Shown here piece after piece: positions 1 to 9,994 of a stretch of 64,000 bases of DNA (positions are counted from its first letter, which is position 1; every line of letters begins with the position of its first letter). Made by a program: the position numbers and the translations under genes. This stretch comes from an uncultured Gemmatimonadales bacterium (GTDB lineage: Bacteria > Gemmatimonadota > Gemmatimonadetes > Longimicrobiales > RSA9): contig OY970192.1 of NCBI GenBank assembly GCA_963708135.1, positions 1,600,001-1,664,000 of the forward strand. Reading direction: 5' to 3'. The notes beneath the pieces were generated by a model that was not told where the DNA came from, ran no database searches, and was given only the letters and a program-made list of their open reading frames with translations.

Positions 1-535
1 CGGCCAGTGCGAGGAGGACGGCATCGTAGCGTCCGTCGCGGAGCCGCTGGACGCGGGTGTCGAGGTTGCCGCGCAGGTCCTCGACGCGGAGGTCCGGGCG
101 CAGGTGGAGCAGCTGGGCGCGCCGGCGGAGGGAGCTGGTGCCGACGGTGGCGCCTGCGGGGAGGTCGGTGAGGCCGACGTCGCCGGAGGCGAGCAGGGCA
201 TCGCGCGGGTCCTCGCGCTCGAGGACGGCGCCGAGCGCGAGGCCGTCGGCGAGGCGGGTGGGTACGTCCTTCAGGGAATGGACGGCGAGGTCGATCTCGG
301 CGTCGACCATGGCGCGGTCGATCTCGCGCGTGAAGAGGCCCTTGTCGCCGATGCGGGAGAGGGGCACGTCGGTTATGCGGTCCCCGGTGGTGCGCAGGAT
401 GACGATCTCGACCTGGAGACCGGCGTGGGCCTCCTCGAGGCGGGCCTTGACGTGCCGTGCCTGCCAGAGGGCGAGCGCGCTGCCGCGGGAGCCGAGGCGG
501 AGCGAGTTGGCGGCGGTGCCGCGGCCGGTCACCAT
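1..535 (-). CDS. hemC: Hydroxymethylbilane synthase (porphobilinogen deaminase); runs off the window start
   Basis: Not in the ORF track. Manual minus-strand translation from ATG at 535 gives [26 protein letters not shown]...GLFTREID...[11 protein letters not shown]...[12 protein letters not shown]...DLRGNLDTR, all HemC motifs. Confidence 0.95.
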   Translation of the reverse strand, partial: MVTGRGTAANSLRLGSRGSALALWQARHVKARLEEAHAGLQVEIVILRTTGDRITDVPLSRIGDKGLFTREIDRAMVDAEIDLAVHSLKDVPTRLADGLALGAVLEREDPRDALLASGDVGLTDLPAGATVGTSSLRRRAQLLHLRPDLRVEDLRGNLDTRVQRLRDGRYDAVLLALA

Positions 536-1068
536 TGGGACTGGGCTCCATCGATCATCTGCTGGACGAGGTCGGCGACTGCGACCTTGCGGCCGACGGA
601 GTCGTCCTGCTTGTCAGGCTGGTAGTCGCCCTTGCCGACGAGGCTGGAGGACTCCCAGAGGACAACGTTGCGCTTCGTGTCGATGATCTGAACGGACACG
701 GCGATCTGCACCTGGTTCTGTACGACCTGCGGCGTCTGGCTCGAGGTGGCCGAGCCGGCGCGGTAGTTCTGGGCGGAGTCATCGTAGCGGACGACCTTGC
801 CGCGGATGACGGCGTCGGCGACCTGCTCGCCGCCGGGCTTGACGCCGAGCGCCCGCGGGACGCGGTCCATCATCGCCTGGAACAGCTCGGTGGAGACCTG
901 GAACTGCGGGGTCTCGTTGTCGAAGGGCGCGATATAGACGGTGCGCACGCTGGCGGGGAACCCGCCGCCGCCGCGGAACCCGTAGTTGCAGCCGGCGGCG
1001 GCGAGAAGCGCCAGCGTGGCGAGCAGGCTAATTCCCGCCCGGCGTCCAGATGGCGGACGGAAAGGCAT
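529..1068 (-). CDS. lptE: LPS assembly lipoprotein LptE family
   Basis: 3' part of ORF 529..1596. Signal peptide with lipobox (LLAAAGC) followed by NYGFRGG...[13 protein letters not shown]...ADAVIRG. Start could be 1077. Confidence 0.8.
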   Translation of the reverse strand: MPFRPPSGRRAGISLLATLALLAAAGCNYGFRGGGGFPASVRTVYIAPFDNETPQFQVSTELFQAMMDRVPRALGVKPGGEQVADAVIRGKVVRYDDSAQNYRAGSATSSQTPQVVQNQVQIAVSVQIIDTKRNVVLWESSSLVGKGDYQPDKQDDSVGRKVAVADLVQQMIDGAQSQW

Positions 1069-1768
1069 CGACTTCATCGGCCTGGTCCAGGGTGAGGGTG
1101 AGCTCCCGGAAGGCGGTCCAGTCACGGTACACGGCCTTTCGGGGCAGCCCGAGCGGTCCGCCCGCATCGAGCTCGACGGTCTGCCGGCCGGAGGGGCCGG
1201 TCCATTCGGCCCTCCGCAGGCGGAACCGATCGAAGGAGAAGCGCCAGTGGTCGTCGCCGCGGGCGAAGTCGAGCTCGAGCGCGCCGTCGCTGCCGAGGTG
1301 GCTCGCGACGAGCGGCTCGGCCGGGGCCTGGAACACCCCGAGCGAGCTCCAGAGGAAGGCAGGCGGCGGGACGGGCGCGTCCGCACCTGCGCCGGGCGGC
1401 AGACGCAGGTCCATGCCCACGAGGCCCGCGGCGAGGTAGGTCTCACCGCGCGGCCCGAAGAGATCGAGGCGCGCGTGGTAGGGCGGCTCGACGCGGGCGG
1501 CGCCGCGACCGCCGAAGCGGGCGTCGCGGTCCGTGAGCTTCCAGTCGAAGCGGATCCGCACGGGGGTGCGGGGCGCGGTGGAGTCCTCGGCCGCACGGAC
1601 GAGGGTTGTGTCCGCGGACGCGGTGGCCGCGGCGGCGGCGGCGGGCGGCGGATTGCCGCCGCACGCGGCGAGCGTCCCGGCGCTCAGGACGGCGAGCAGG
1701 GCTCGGGCCGCGCCCCGCGGCGGAAGAGTGTGGGCGGGCCGGCGGCCCGCGTCGATCGCGTTTCGCAT
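1028..1768 (-). CDS. Uncharacterised lipoprotein, possibly with a LolA/LolB-like fold
   Basis: 3' part of ORF 1028..3175 from MRNAIDAG. Lipobox TLAAC and a beta-rich body (RLDLFGPRGE...LELDF...LTLTL). Confidence 0.7.
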   Translation of the reverse strand: MRNAIDAGRRPAHTLPPRGAARALLAVLSAGTLAACGGNPPPAAAAAATASADTTLVRAAEDSTAPRTPVRIRFDWKLTDRDARFGGRGAARVEPPYHARLDLFGPRGETYLAAGLVGMDLRLPPGAGADAPVPPPAFLWSSLGVFQAPAEPLVASHLGSDGALELDFARGDDHWRFSFDRFRLRRAEWTGPSGRQTVELDAGGPLGLPRKAVYRDWTAFRELTLTLDQADEVDAFPSAIWTPGGN

Positions 1769-1809
1769 CGGGGAAGAGTAACCCCGGACCCCGCCGTCGT
1801 TCCACCGGC

Positions 1810-4803
1810 TCAGTAGTCGAAGCCGATGAAGAGGGTGGCGAAGTGGTGGTCGAAGGAGCTGCGGCGGAAGACGAGGGGCGGGCGGTCGCCGAGGGCGAAG
1901 CGGCGCCCGATGTCGAAGCGGACGACGAAGGGGCCGCCGAGCGGCATGCGGAGCGCGCCGCCGTAGCTGCCCCAGGCGCCGTCGGGCTGCTGCCTCTCGA
2001 GCCAGCTCGAGCCGAGGTCGGCGAAGAGGGCGCCCTGGATGCCCGGGAGGGTCAGGCGGCCGAAGGGGAAGTCGAGGCCGATCCCGTGGAGCAGCGGAAA
2101 GCGCCATTCCTGGTTGAGGAGGAGGAGGCGCGAGCCGGCGAGCGAGAATCGGGGATAGCCGCGCAGCGCCATCGGGCCGCCGAGCACCTCGCGCTCGGGG
2201 ATCGCCCCGGCACTGAGGAAGGCATAGGCTCGGACGGCGTAGGCGCTGCGCAGGCTGGTGCGGATGTAGTGCCGGAAGTCCGCGCTGAGCGAGTAGCTCT
2301 CCACGAGGGCGTGACCGGCGCCGAGGGTGCCGAGGCTGTCGATGGGGAGCTGGCACGCGAAGCAGCCGACGAGCCCGGCCGTGAGGTTGAAGCGCCCGCC
2401 GTCGATGGGGCCGGTCGGGAGCCAGAGGGTGTTGTCCTTGACGTAGGAGAGATAGCCGCTCGCCAGGTCGCCGCGGCGGGTGAGGCTGCGGGGATCCTTG
2501 CGGGTGTCCTGGTCGAGGAGCAGGTCGCGGTAGAACTCGGAGACGTCGACGCGGTCGCTGCGCTGCAGCCGCAGCTGGGCCTCGATGCGGCGGAACTTGG
2601 AGAGCGGATAGGCGCCGAGCAGGAACCCGCCGTAGGTGTTCTCGTCGTAGACGTACCAGGCGACGTCGCGGAAGAGTCCGCGGTATCGGAAGGCGCCGGC
2701 GCCCCAGTTGAGCCGGTGCTTCAGGTTCACGTAGGAGAGCTGGCCGCTGAAATTGTCCACGAGCTGGCTGAGGCTGGCCGCCTGGAAGGCGGAGATGCCG
2801 GCGAAGATCAGATGGTCTCCAAGCAGATCCGAGGCGACGAACTGCACGCCCTGGGAGTTGCCGTAGCCGGGCGAGACCGCGGCCTCGGCGCCGGCGAAGT
2901 CGATGGACATCTTCTTCCACTGGCGGTACGGCGCCGCGCGGGCGGTGCGAACGGCGGGCTTCTGGATGTCCTCCCACTCCCAGCCGATGGGCGCGACGCC
3001 GACGGAATCCGCGGGAGCGTTGCCGCCGGTGGCGGCCAGCAGGGGCCCGGCGGGCGGAGGCGCGAGCGCGACGGCAGGGGCACTCGCGCTGTCGGCGCCG
3101 AAGGCGAGGTGGTAGATGCCGAAGGTCTGGCCGGAGAAGCCGGCGAAGACGAGGCCGCGGTCGTCGGGGAGCCACGCGGGATCGAACGCTCCGCCGGCGA
3201 GGTGCGTCAGGCGGCGGCCGGTACCGGCGGCATCGACGGCGTAGAGGTCGTAGAAGCCGGAGCGGTCGGAGCTGAACGCGATGCGCCTCCCGTCATGGGA
3301 CCAGTGCGGGTTCTGGTCGTGCCAGCGCCCGAAAGTGAGGTAGCGGATACGGCCGGAGCCGAGATCGTAGAGGAAGAGATTCGTGTCGCCGTCGCGGCCC
3401 GAGGCGGTGCGGTCGGAGGCAAAGACGATGGTCGAGCCGTCGGGCGACCAGTCGGGGTCCTCGTCGCGGTAGCGGTCGTCGGTCAGCGCGGCGCGCGCGC
3501 CGGTGCCGACGTCGAGCGTGTAGAGGTCGGAGAAGCCGGTCTCGGAGATGCCCTCGAAGACGAGGCGCGTGCCGGTGGGGTCCCAGGCGGGGGAGCGCAG
3601 GCCGACGAGGTCCGGCCACTCGAAGCGCGCCACGACGGCGCGGCGGCGGGTGTCGAAGATGACGAGCGCGTCGCGGTCCTGGGAGCGGGCGACGAGGGCC
3701 ACCCTGCCGCCGGCGTTCACGTCGATGCGCGACTCGTAGGCGTGCAGCGACTCGAGCCCGGCACTGCGCTCGCCCTCGAGGATGGCGTGGACGCCCTTCT
3801 CGCCCCGGTCGAGGCGGGTCTCGTAGAGGTCGGTGTAGCCATCGCGCGGCGAGAGGAACAGCACGCGAGGCATGGAATCGCCGGCCGGCACATAGACGAT
3901 CGGCTTGAAGTTGGCGCCGCGGTCGGCCACGACGCGCGCGCCGACGTCGAGCGGCGGCCGGTCCGCATAGACGGGAAAGAAGCGCTTCTGGAGCGCGTAC
4001 TTCCACTCGCGCGAAAGCTGCTCGAGGCTCTCCCCGAACACGGCCTCGAGGGTCTTCTCGAAGGAGTCGTACTTCCAGAAGTCCCGGTAGACGCGGTCGA
4101 TGTACTGCTCACCGAAGCGGGCGGCGAGGTACTTGTGCAGCTCCGCGCCGAGCGGGTAGGCGGCATAGGCGTACATGCGCGAGAACTGCTGGATGGTGGG
4201 GAGCTCGTCGTGGAGGACCATGTCCCGCACGTACATCTCGTCCTCGGCCGTCTGCTCGCTCGACCAGTACTCGGCGAGCCCCTCGGTCCACCACTGGATC
4301 TCCTGCGGGGTAATGCGGTGAGCCCGCGGATGCTCGCGCTCGACCTCAAGGATCTCCGAGATCTGGAACGCGTGCACCAGCTCATGGCGCAGCGTGTGGC
4401 GGAACTGCTCGTAATCGCCGCGGAACGGCAGGGCGACGCGGCGCTTCAGGTACTCGGTGAAGCCGAGCACGCCCTCGGGGATGAACCCGGGCAGCAGGTT
4501 GGTCTGCTCGAAATCCTGGTCCGAGGCGTAGACGATCAGCGGGATGCGCGCCTCGGGGTGGTGACTGAACCTGCGCTCGAGGAGCACGTAGCTCTCCTCG
4601 CCGTATGCGAGGGCGAGTCGGGCGACGGTCTCCTCCGCCGGGTAGTAGTAGACGTCCAGGTGGGGCGAGGAGAGCACCTGCCAGTGGAAGTCGCGGTACT
4701 GGACCTTGTTCTTGCCGAACGCGCCCATCTGCGCCGCCGCGGGAGGGGCGGCGGCCAGGAGCAGGAGCACGGAGAGGAGCCAGTGTCGCTTCGTGGGAAT
4801 CAT
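1810..4803 (-). CDS. Omp85/BamA-TamA family outer membrane protein with N-terminal zinc-peptidase-like domain and PD40 (TolB-like) repeats
   Basis: Signal peptide, FGKNKVQY, HELVH and WWTEGLAEY (gluzincin-like), PDWSPDG/PHWSHDG repeats, LRGY motif and C-terminal FIGFDY beta-signal. Confidence 0.85.
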   Translation of the reverse strand: MIPTKRHWLLSVLLLLAAAPPAAAQMGAFGKNKVQYRDFHWQVLSSPHLDVYYYPAEETVARLALAYGEESYVLLERRFSHHPEARIPLIVYASDQDFEQTNLLPGFIPEGVLGFTEYLKRRVALPFRGDYEQFRHTLRHELVHAFQISEILEVEREHPRAHRITPQEIQWWTEGLAEYWSSEQTAEDEMYVRDMVLHDELPTIQQFSRMYAYAAYPLGAELHKYLAARFGEQYIDRVYRDFWKYDSFEKTLEAVFGESLEQLSREWKYALQKRFFPVYADRPPLDVGARVVADRGANFKPIVYVPAGDSMPRVLFLSPRDGYTDLYETRLDRGEKGVHAILEGERSAGLESLHAYESRIDVNAGGRVALVARSQDRDALVIFDTRRRAVVARFEWPDLVGLRSPAWDPTGTRLVFEGISETGFSDLYTLDVGTGARAALTDDRYRDEDPDWSPDGSTIVFASDRTASGRDGDTNLFLYDLGSGRIRYLTFGRWHDQNPHWSHDGRRIAFSSDRSGFYDLYAVDAAGTGRRLTHLAGGAFDPAWLPDDRGLVFAGFSGQTFGIYHLAFGADSASAPAVALAPPPAGPLLAATGGNAPADSVGVAPIGWEWEDIQKPAVRTARAAPYRQWKKMSIDFAGAEAAVSPGYGNSQGVQFVASDLLGDHLIFAGISAFQAASLSQLVDNFSGQLSYVNLKHRLNWGAGAFRYRGLFRDVAWYVYDENTYGGFLLGAYPLSKFRRIEAQLRLQRSDRVDVSEFYRDLLLDQDTRKDPRSLTRRGDLASGYLSYVKDNTLWLPTGPIDGGRFNLTAGLVGCFACQLPIDSLGTLGAGHALVESYSLSADFRHYIRTSLRSAYAVRAYAFLSAGAIPEREVLGGPMALRGYPRFSLAGSRLLLLNQEWRFPLLHGIGLDFPFGRLTLPGIQGALFADLGSSWLERQQPDGAWGSYGGALRMPLGGPFVVRFDIGRRFALGDRPPLVFRRSSFDHHFATLFIGFDY

Positions 4804-4816
4804 GGGATGCTGCGCT

Positions 4817-7048
4817 TCATTGGATGGCTTCGATCGCCTGGATGCCGTCGCCCTGAACGACCCGGTCGACGACATCCATTCCCGCCGTGACGTGGCCGAA
4901 GACGGTATACCCGCCGTCGAGGTGCGGCTGCGGCGAGTGCGTGATGAAGAACTGGCTGCCGCCGGTGTCGGGGCCCGCCAGCGCCATGCCGAGCGCGCCG
5001 CGGTCGTAGGGCAGTGGGTTCATCTCGTCACGAATGCTGTACCCCGGCCCACCGTTCCCGTCCCCGCGTGGATCGCCGTCCTGTATCACGAAATTGGCGA
5101 CGACGCGATGCCAGCGTGCGCCGTCGAAGTACCGCCGGCGCACGAGGCGCAGGAAGTTGTCCGTGGTCCGGGGCGCTTCCGACCCCGCCAGGGCGAGGAC
5201 GATCTCGCCGCCGGCGGTACGTATGCGGACGGCGGGGTCCGGGGCGCCCTGGAGCGCGGGAACGATGTAGCGGCGCACGAGCGTCTCGTAGTCGGCCGCC
5301 GTGCGGCCGGCCGCGGCCGGCCATGCGGGGGGCCAGGATCCAGCGCCGAGCTCATGCTGCGCCTCGCGCCGCACGAGCGGGTCCGGGCTCGCCGGGAAGC
5401 GGAGATAGAAGCTGCGGGCGACCGGAACACCGTCCCGTGCCAGCGCGCCGAGGGCGTCGATCGCAGCGAGGGCGGCGTCATCGAGGGTGTCGGCGCGCGC
5501 GCGGGCGTATGCGTCGAGGAGCACGCCCAGGTCTCCAGGACGGGCGCGGCGCTCCAGCCCCTTCAACGCGTTGGCACGCACGATCGGATCCGGGGCCCCG
5601 ACCTCCTGCAGAAACAACGTGTAAGCGGCATCGATCGTGTCTCCCACCAGGGCGACGGCGCTCTCGAGCGCTGCGGCCGCGACGCGGGGATCGGCATCCT
5701 CGGCGAGCTCGCGGACGAGAGAGGCCTCGCCCGACCAGCGGCCCCCGGCGAGGGCGCGGGCGGCGTAGAGACGGGCGCGCCAGTCGGCTGCGCCGGCGAG
5801 CTGCGCGGCGCGGGCGACCCCCCGGGCGGGATCGAGCCGGACCAGGGAGGCGAGCGCCGCGCCGCGGAGCGCCAGCCGCGGGGAATCCCGGCCCACGACC
5901 GCCTCCAGGGGCACGGCGGCGGCGGGAGCGGACAGCGATCCCAGCGTCTCGGCGGCGGTGATGGCCAGGTTGTCGTCGGCACCGGCGAGGAGAGGCGCGA
6001 GGAGCGGAACCAGGGCGGGGTCGTGGTAGGAGCCGAGGGCCCGGATGGCGTTGGTGCGCACCCCGGCGTCCGGATCGGCCACCGCGGCGCGGAGCGCGAC
6101 CTCGGCCGCGCGGCGCAGGCCGGCGGAGTCGGCGAGCGCGGCGCGGAGGCCGCGGGCGGCGAACGACCGCACGAGAGCGTCGGGGTCCCGCATGGCGGCC
6201 AGGAGCGCGGGGGCGGCGGCGGGACCGCCGAGGCGCATGAGCGCGTAGACGGCGCGCCAGCGGGTGTCCGCCCGCGCGGCGCGAGTGAACGGAAGCACGA
6301 GCGCGAGCGCGCGTGGGCGGGGACCGAAGCGCCAGGCCGCGAGGAGCGCTGCGTGCAGCACGGAGTCGGGGCGTGGGGTCGGACCCGCACCCGCGGGGCC
6401 GCGTGCACCGGGCTGAGCGGTGGCGGCGCGGGAAAGCACCCCCGCGACCGCCTCGAAGGCCCCGGAGCCGCCGATCCATCCGAGCGCGGTGACCGCCCGC
6501 GCGGCGGGGGTGGCCGGGGCGGGGCCGGGGGCGGCGCCGCGAGGCCCCGAGGGCGCGGCGGGCTCCGTGGCGCCGGGTGCCGGGCCGGGGAGGGCCAGCT
6601 CGGCCAGGCCGCGGACGACCATGGCGCTCGTGTCCTTCAGGAGGCCGAGGGCGAAGGCGGCATCCGCCCGGACGGCGGCCGCGCCATCCCCGAGCGCGGC
6701 AAGGAGGAGTGGCTCGGCGCGGCGGTCGCCGATGCGGCCGGCGGCCAGGACCGCGCGGCGGCGCACCTCGGGGGAAGCGGACGCGAGCAGTCGGCGGAGA
6801 GTGTCCGGCTCGAGCGCGTGCCGGTCCTCCATCGCGATGGCGCTGGCCACGTCCGTGATCTCCGCCGCCGACAGCACGACCACGGGCCGCGGCGCCGGGG
6901 CGGGCGGCGGCGCGGGGCGAGCGCAGGCCAGGACGAGAAGGAGGTACGGGGTGCAGCGGGCGCGGCGGATGCGCTCAGCGGCCCGTCCTCCCGAGCGCGA
7001 TCTCGAGGCGGGCGCGGAAATCCGGCGGGAGCGTGCGAAGTGAGCCAT
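4817..7048 (-). CDS. HEAT-repeat lipoprotein with C-terminal cyclophilin-type peptidyl-prolyl isomerase
   Basis: HEAT repeats (DPDAGVRTNAIRALG). Cyclophilin motifs HRVVANFVIQDGDP, GSQFFITHSPQPHLDGGYTVFG. Lipobox-like LVLAC. Start uncertain. Confidence 0.88.
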   Translation of the reverse strand: MAHFARSRRISAPASRSRSGGRAAERIRRARCTPYLLLVLACARPAPPPAPAPRPVVVLSAAEITDVASAIAMEDRHALEPDTLRRLLASASPEVRRRAVLAAGRIGDRRAEPLLLAALGDGAAAVRADAAFALGLLKDTSAMVVRGLAELALPGPAPGATEPAAPSGPRGAAPGPAPATPAARAVTALGWIGGSGAFEAVAGVLSRAATAQPGARGPAGAGPTPRPDSVLHAALLAAWRFGPRPRALALVLPFTRAARADTRWRAVYALMRLGGPAAAPALLAAMRDPDALVRSFAARGLRAALADSAGLRRAAEVALRAAVADPDAGVRTNAIRALGSYHDPALVPLLAPLLAGADDNLAITAAETLGSLSAPAAAVPLEAVVGRDSPRLALRGAALASLVRLDPARGVARAAQLAGAADWRARLYAARALAGGRWSGEASLVRELAEDADPRVAAAALESAVALVGDTIDAAYTLFLQEVGAPDPIVRANALKGLERRARPGDLGVLLDAYARARADTLDDAALAAIDALGALARDGVPVARSFYLRFPASPDPLVRREAQHELGAGSWPPAWPAAAGRTAADYETLVRRYIVPALQGAPDPAVRIRTAGGEIVLALAGSEAPRTTDNFLRLVRRRYFDGARWHRVVANFVIQDGDPRGDGNGGPGYSIRDEMNPLPYDRGALGMALAGPDTGGSQFFITHSPQPHLDGGYTVFGHVTAGMDVVDRVVQGDGIQAIEAIQ

Positions 7049-7409
7049 TCGAGTCGAGCGCGATCAGGCTGGTGGTTGCGGTGGCGAGGCGACGCGGCTC
7101 GGGCTCGAGACGCAGGATCTCGTAGCCGAAGGTGACGCCGCGGGACTGCACGCGCTCGAGCCAGGTGCGAACGCGGATGAGGTCGTCGTAGCGGGCGCCG
7201 GCGTGGTAGCGGACCCGGACGTCGGAGACGGCCAGGAACAGGCCCTGGCGCTCGAGCTGCGCGTAGGTGACGCCATGGCCGCGGATGAAGTCCGTGCGGC
7301 CGATCTCACACCAGACGAGATAGTTCGCATGGTACGCCACGCCCATCTGGTCGGTCTCGGCGTAGCGGACGCGGAGCTCCGAGGCGGCGACGTGGGGGCC
7401 TTCGGTCAT
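6975..7409 (-). CDS. Acyl-CoA thioesterase, YbgC/FadM family
   Basis: RVRYAETDQMGVAYHANYLVWCEIGR hot-dog motif. Confidence 0.92.
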   Translation of the reverse strand: MTEGPHVAASELRVRYAETDQMGVAYHANYLVWCEIGRTDFIRGHGVTYAQLERQGLFLAVSDVRVRYHAGARYDDLIRVRTWLERVQSRGVTFGYEILRLEPEPRRLATATTSLIALDSNGSLRTLPPDFRARLEIALGRTGR

Positions 7410-9994
7410 TCGCCGTAGGGCACCCAGATGTTCTTCACCTGCGTGGCCTCGCGCAGGAACTCCTGTCCCCCGCCCTGGCGCGCGTCGGTCCAGTCCCGGT
7501 CATGGCCGCAGGACACCCAGGTTCGCTTCATGTTGCCGGCGGAGAGGCGCTCGACCTCGGCGCAGCCTTCGCGCGGGCCGAAGTACCAGACCGCGTCCAC
7601 GTCGTCGTGGGCGGCCAGGACGGGCGCGAGCTCATCGCGGCGGCCGGTCACGATGTTCAGGACGCCGCCGGGCAGGTCGGAGGTGTCGAGGACCTGGTAC
7701 AGGTCCGTGGCCGCGAGCGGCCCGCGCTCGGACGGCACGGCGACGACGGTGTTGCCGAGCGCCACCGGCGGGATCACCGTCGCGACGAACCCGAGGAGCG
7801 GCATCTCGGTCGGGCAGACCACGCCCACCACGCCGATCGGCTCGGGCATGGCGAGGGTGACGTTGCGGAACGGCGTGTGGTGCACGGCGCCGTCCCACTT
7901 GTCGGCCCAGGCGGCGTAGTCGAAGAGGCGACGGACGGCGAGGTCGACCTCGCGGGCGGCGGCGGCGGCGTCGCATGCGCTCATGGTCCGCAGGCGGGAG
8001 GCGAATTCCTCGGCGCGGGCGGCGAGGTTCTCGGCGACGTAGAAGAGGACCTGCGCGCGGTTGTGCGCGGTGGCGCGGGCCCAGCCGGCGGCCTTGTGGG
8101 CGGCCTCGACGGCGTTTCTGATGTCCTTGCGGTTGCCGTGGCCGACCTCGCCGACGAGGGTGCCATCGGGAGCGAGGACGGGAAGGCTGTGGCCCTGGTC
8201 GGGACGGGCCTGCCTGCCGCCGATGTAGAGCTTCGGGGTGCGGTCGATTCCCGGCCCCGCCACCCCGCCGGAGTGGGAGAGTGGGAGAGTGGGGGACCGG
8301 GGCGACGTGCCGGGCGCGGACGGGGCATCGGCCGATCCGGCGTCGAGGGCGGCCGCGTGCTTCGCGGCGGCGGCACTTGTCCCGGCGGCGGCGTTCTTCG
8401 CGGCCGCTTCCTGCTGCGCGGCGCTGGCTCGCGGCGCGGCTGCCTCTCTCTTCGCGCCCGAGTCCCTCGCGGCGACGGACTGGGGCGCGGGCTCTTCGCG
8501 CTCGGCCTGCCACTTCGGCTTCACGTACTCCCAGAGGCCTTCCCTGCCGCCCTCGCGGCCGAAGCCGGACTCGCGATAGCCGCCGAAGCCGGAGGCGGCG
8601 TCGAAGACGTTGGTGCAGTTCACCCAGACGGTGCCGGCCTTGATCTTCGGGGCGATGTCGAGGGCGAGGTTGACGTTCTCGGTCCAGACGCTGGCGGCAA
8701 GGCCGTAGCGGGTGTTGTTGGCGAGGGCGACGGACTCCTCGGGCGTGCGGAAGGTCATGAGCACGATCACGGGCCCGAAGATCTCCTCCTGCGCGATGGT
8801 GGCCGCGGGTGAGACGCCGGTGAAGAGCGTCGGTTTGAAGAAGCAGCCCTCGGGCGGGCAGTCCCAGGAGGGCTGCCACATGGTGGCACCCTCTTCCCTG
8901 CCCCGGGCGACGAGGCGCTCGATCTTCTCGAGCTGGACGGGCGCGATGATGGCGCCGATGTCGGTGGCCTTGTCGAGCGGGTCGCCGACGCGGAGCGTCT
9001 CCATGCGGGCGCGCAGCTTCCTCACGAGCGCGTCGGCCACACCCTCCTGCACGAGGATGCGCGAGCCGGCGCAGCAGACCTGGCCCTGGTTGAACCAGAT
9101 GGCGTCCACGACGCCCTCGACCACACTGTCGAGGTCGGCATCCTCGTAGACGAGAAACGGCGACTTGCCGCCGAGCTCGAGCGAGAGGCGCTTGCCGCTG
9201 CCGGCCGTGGCCGTGCGGATGATGCGGCCGACCTCGGTCGAGCCGGTGAAGGCGATCTTGTCGACGTCCGGATGCTCGACGAGGAGCGCGCCCGTGCGGC
9301 CATCGCCGGTGATGACGTTGACGACGCCGTCCGGGAGGCCCACTTCGCGACAGGTTTCGGCGAAGAGGAGCGCCGTGAGCGGCGTGAACTCGGCCGGCTT
9401 GAGCACCACGGTGTTACCCATGGCCAGCGCGGGCGCGACCTTCCAGGCCAGCATGAGGAGCGGGAAGTTCCACGGGATGATCTGCCCGACGACGCCGACG
9501 GCGGTCGTGTCGCGGAGCTCGGCGTCGGCGGCCATGAGCTGGGCCCAGCCGGCGTGGTGGTAGAAGTGCCGGGCGACGAGCGGGATGTCGATGTCGCGGC
9601 TCTCGCGGATCGGCTTGCCGTTGTCGAGGGACTCGAGGACGGCGAAGAGTCGCGAGTGCTTCTGGACCTGGCGGGCGAGGGCGTAGAGCCAGCGGGCGCG
9701 GGCGTGGCCGTCGGCGTCGCGCCAGGCGGGCAGCGCCGCGCGGGCGGCCGCGACGGCGGCGTCGACGTCGCCGGCGCCGGCCTGTGCGATGCGCGCGAGG
9801 GGCCGAGCGTCGGACGGGTTCGTGGTATCGAAGGACTCGCCGGAGGCGGCCTCCCTCCAGGCGCCGCCGATGAAGAGGCCGAAGGCGCGCTCGCGGGCAT
9901 CCAGCCACTGGCGGGCGGGCGCGACGCTCTCCGGGGCGGGGCCGTACTCGAGAGTCTCGAAGATCTCAGCGACGTTCACCGTGTCTGCCTTCAT
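7406..9994 (-). CDS. Aldehyde dehydrogenase with a second truncated ALDH domain (ALDH16-like)
   Basis: From MKADTVNVAEIFETLEYGPAPES. Motifs IIPWNFP, FTGSTEVG, ELGGKS, GQVCCAG, EEIFGPV, then a second partial ALDH domain. ATGA overlap with deoC. Confidence 0.93.
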   Translation of the reverse strand: MKADTVNVAEIFETLEYGPAPESVAPARQWLDARERAFGLFIGGAWREAASGESFDTTNPSDARPLARIAQAGAGDVDAAVAAARAALPAWRDADGHARARWLYALARQVQKHSRLFAVLESLDNGKPIRESRDIDIPLVARHFYHHAGWAQLMAADAELRDTTAVGVVGQIIPWNFPLLMLAWKVAPALAMGNTVVLKPAEFTPLTALLFAETCREVGLPDGVVNVITGDGRTGALLVEHPDVDKIAFTGSTEVGRIIRTATAGSGKRLSLELGGKSPFLVYEDADLDSVVEGVVDAIWFNQGQVCCAGSRILVQEGVADALVRKLRARMETLRVGDPLDKATDIGAIIAPVQLEKIERLVARGREEGATMWQPSWDCPPEGCFFKPTLFTGVSPAATIAQEEIFGPVIVLMTFRTPEESVALANNTRYGLAASVWTENVNLALDIAPKIKAGTVWVNCTNVFDAASGFGGYRESGFGREGGREGLWEYVKPKWQAEREEPAPQSVAARDSGAKREAAAPRASAAQQEAAAKNAAAGTSAAAAKHAAALDAGSADAPSAPGTSPRSPTLPLSHSGGVAGPGIDRTPKLYIGGRQARPDQGHSLPVLAPDGTLVGEVGHGNRKDIRNAVEAAHKAAGWARATAHNRAQVLFYVAENLAARAEEFASRLRTMSACDAAAAAREVDLAVRRLFDYAAWADKWDGAVHHTPFRNVTLAMPEPIGVVGVVCPTEMPLLGFVATVIPPVALGNTVVAVPSERGPLAATDLYQVLDTSDLPGGVLNIVTGRRDELAPVLAAHDDVDAVWYFGPREGCAEVERLSAGNMKRTWVSCGHDRDWTDARQGGGQEFLREATQVKNIWVPYGE

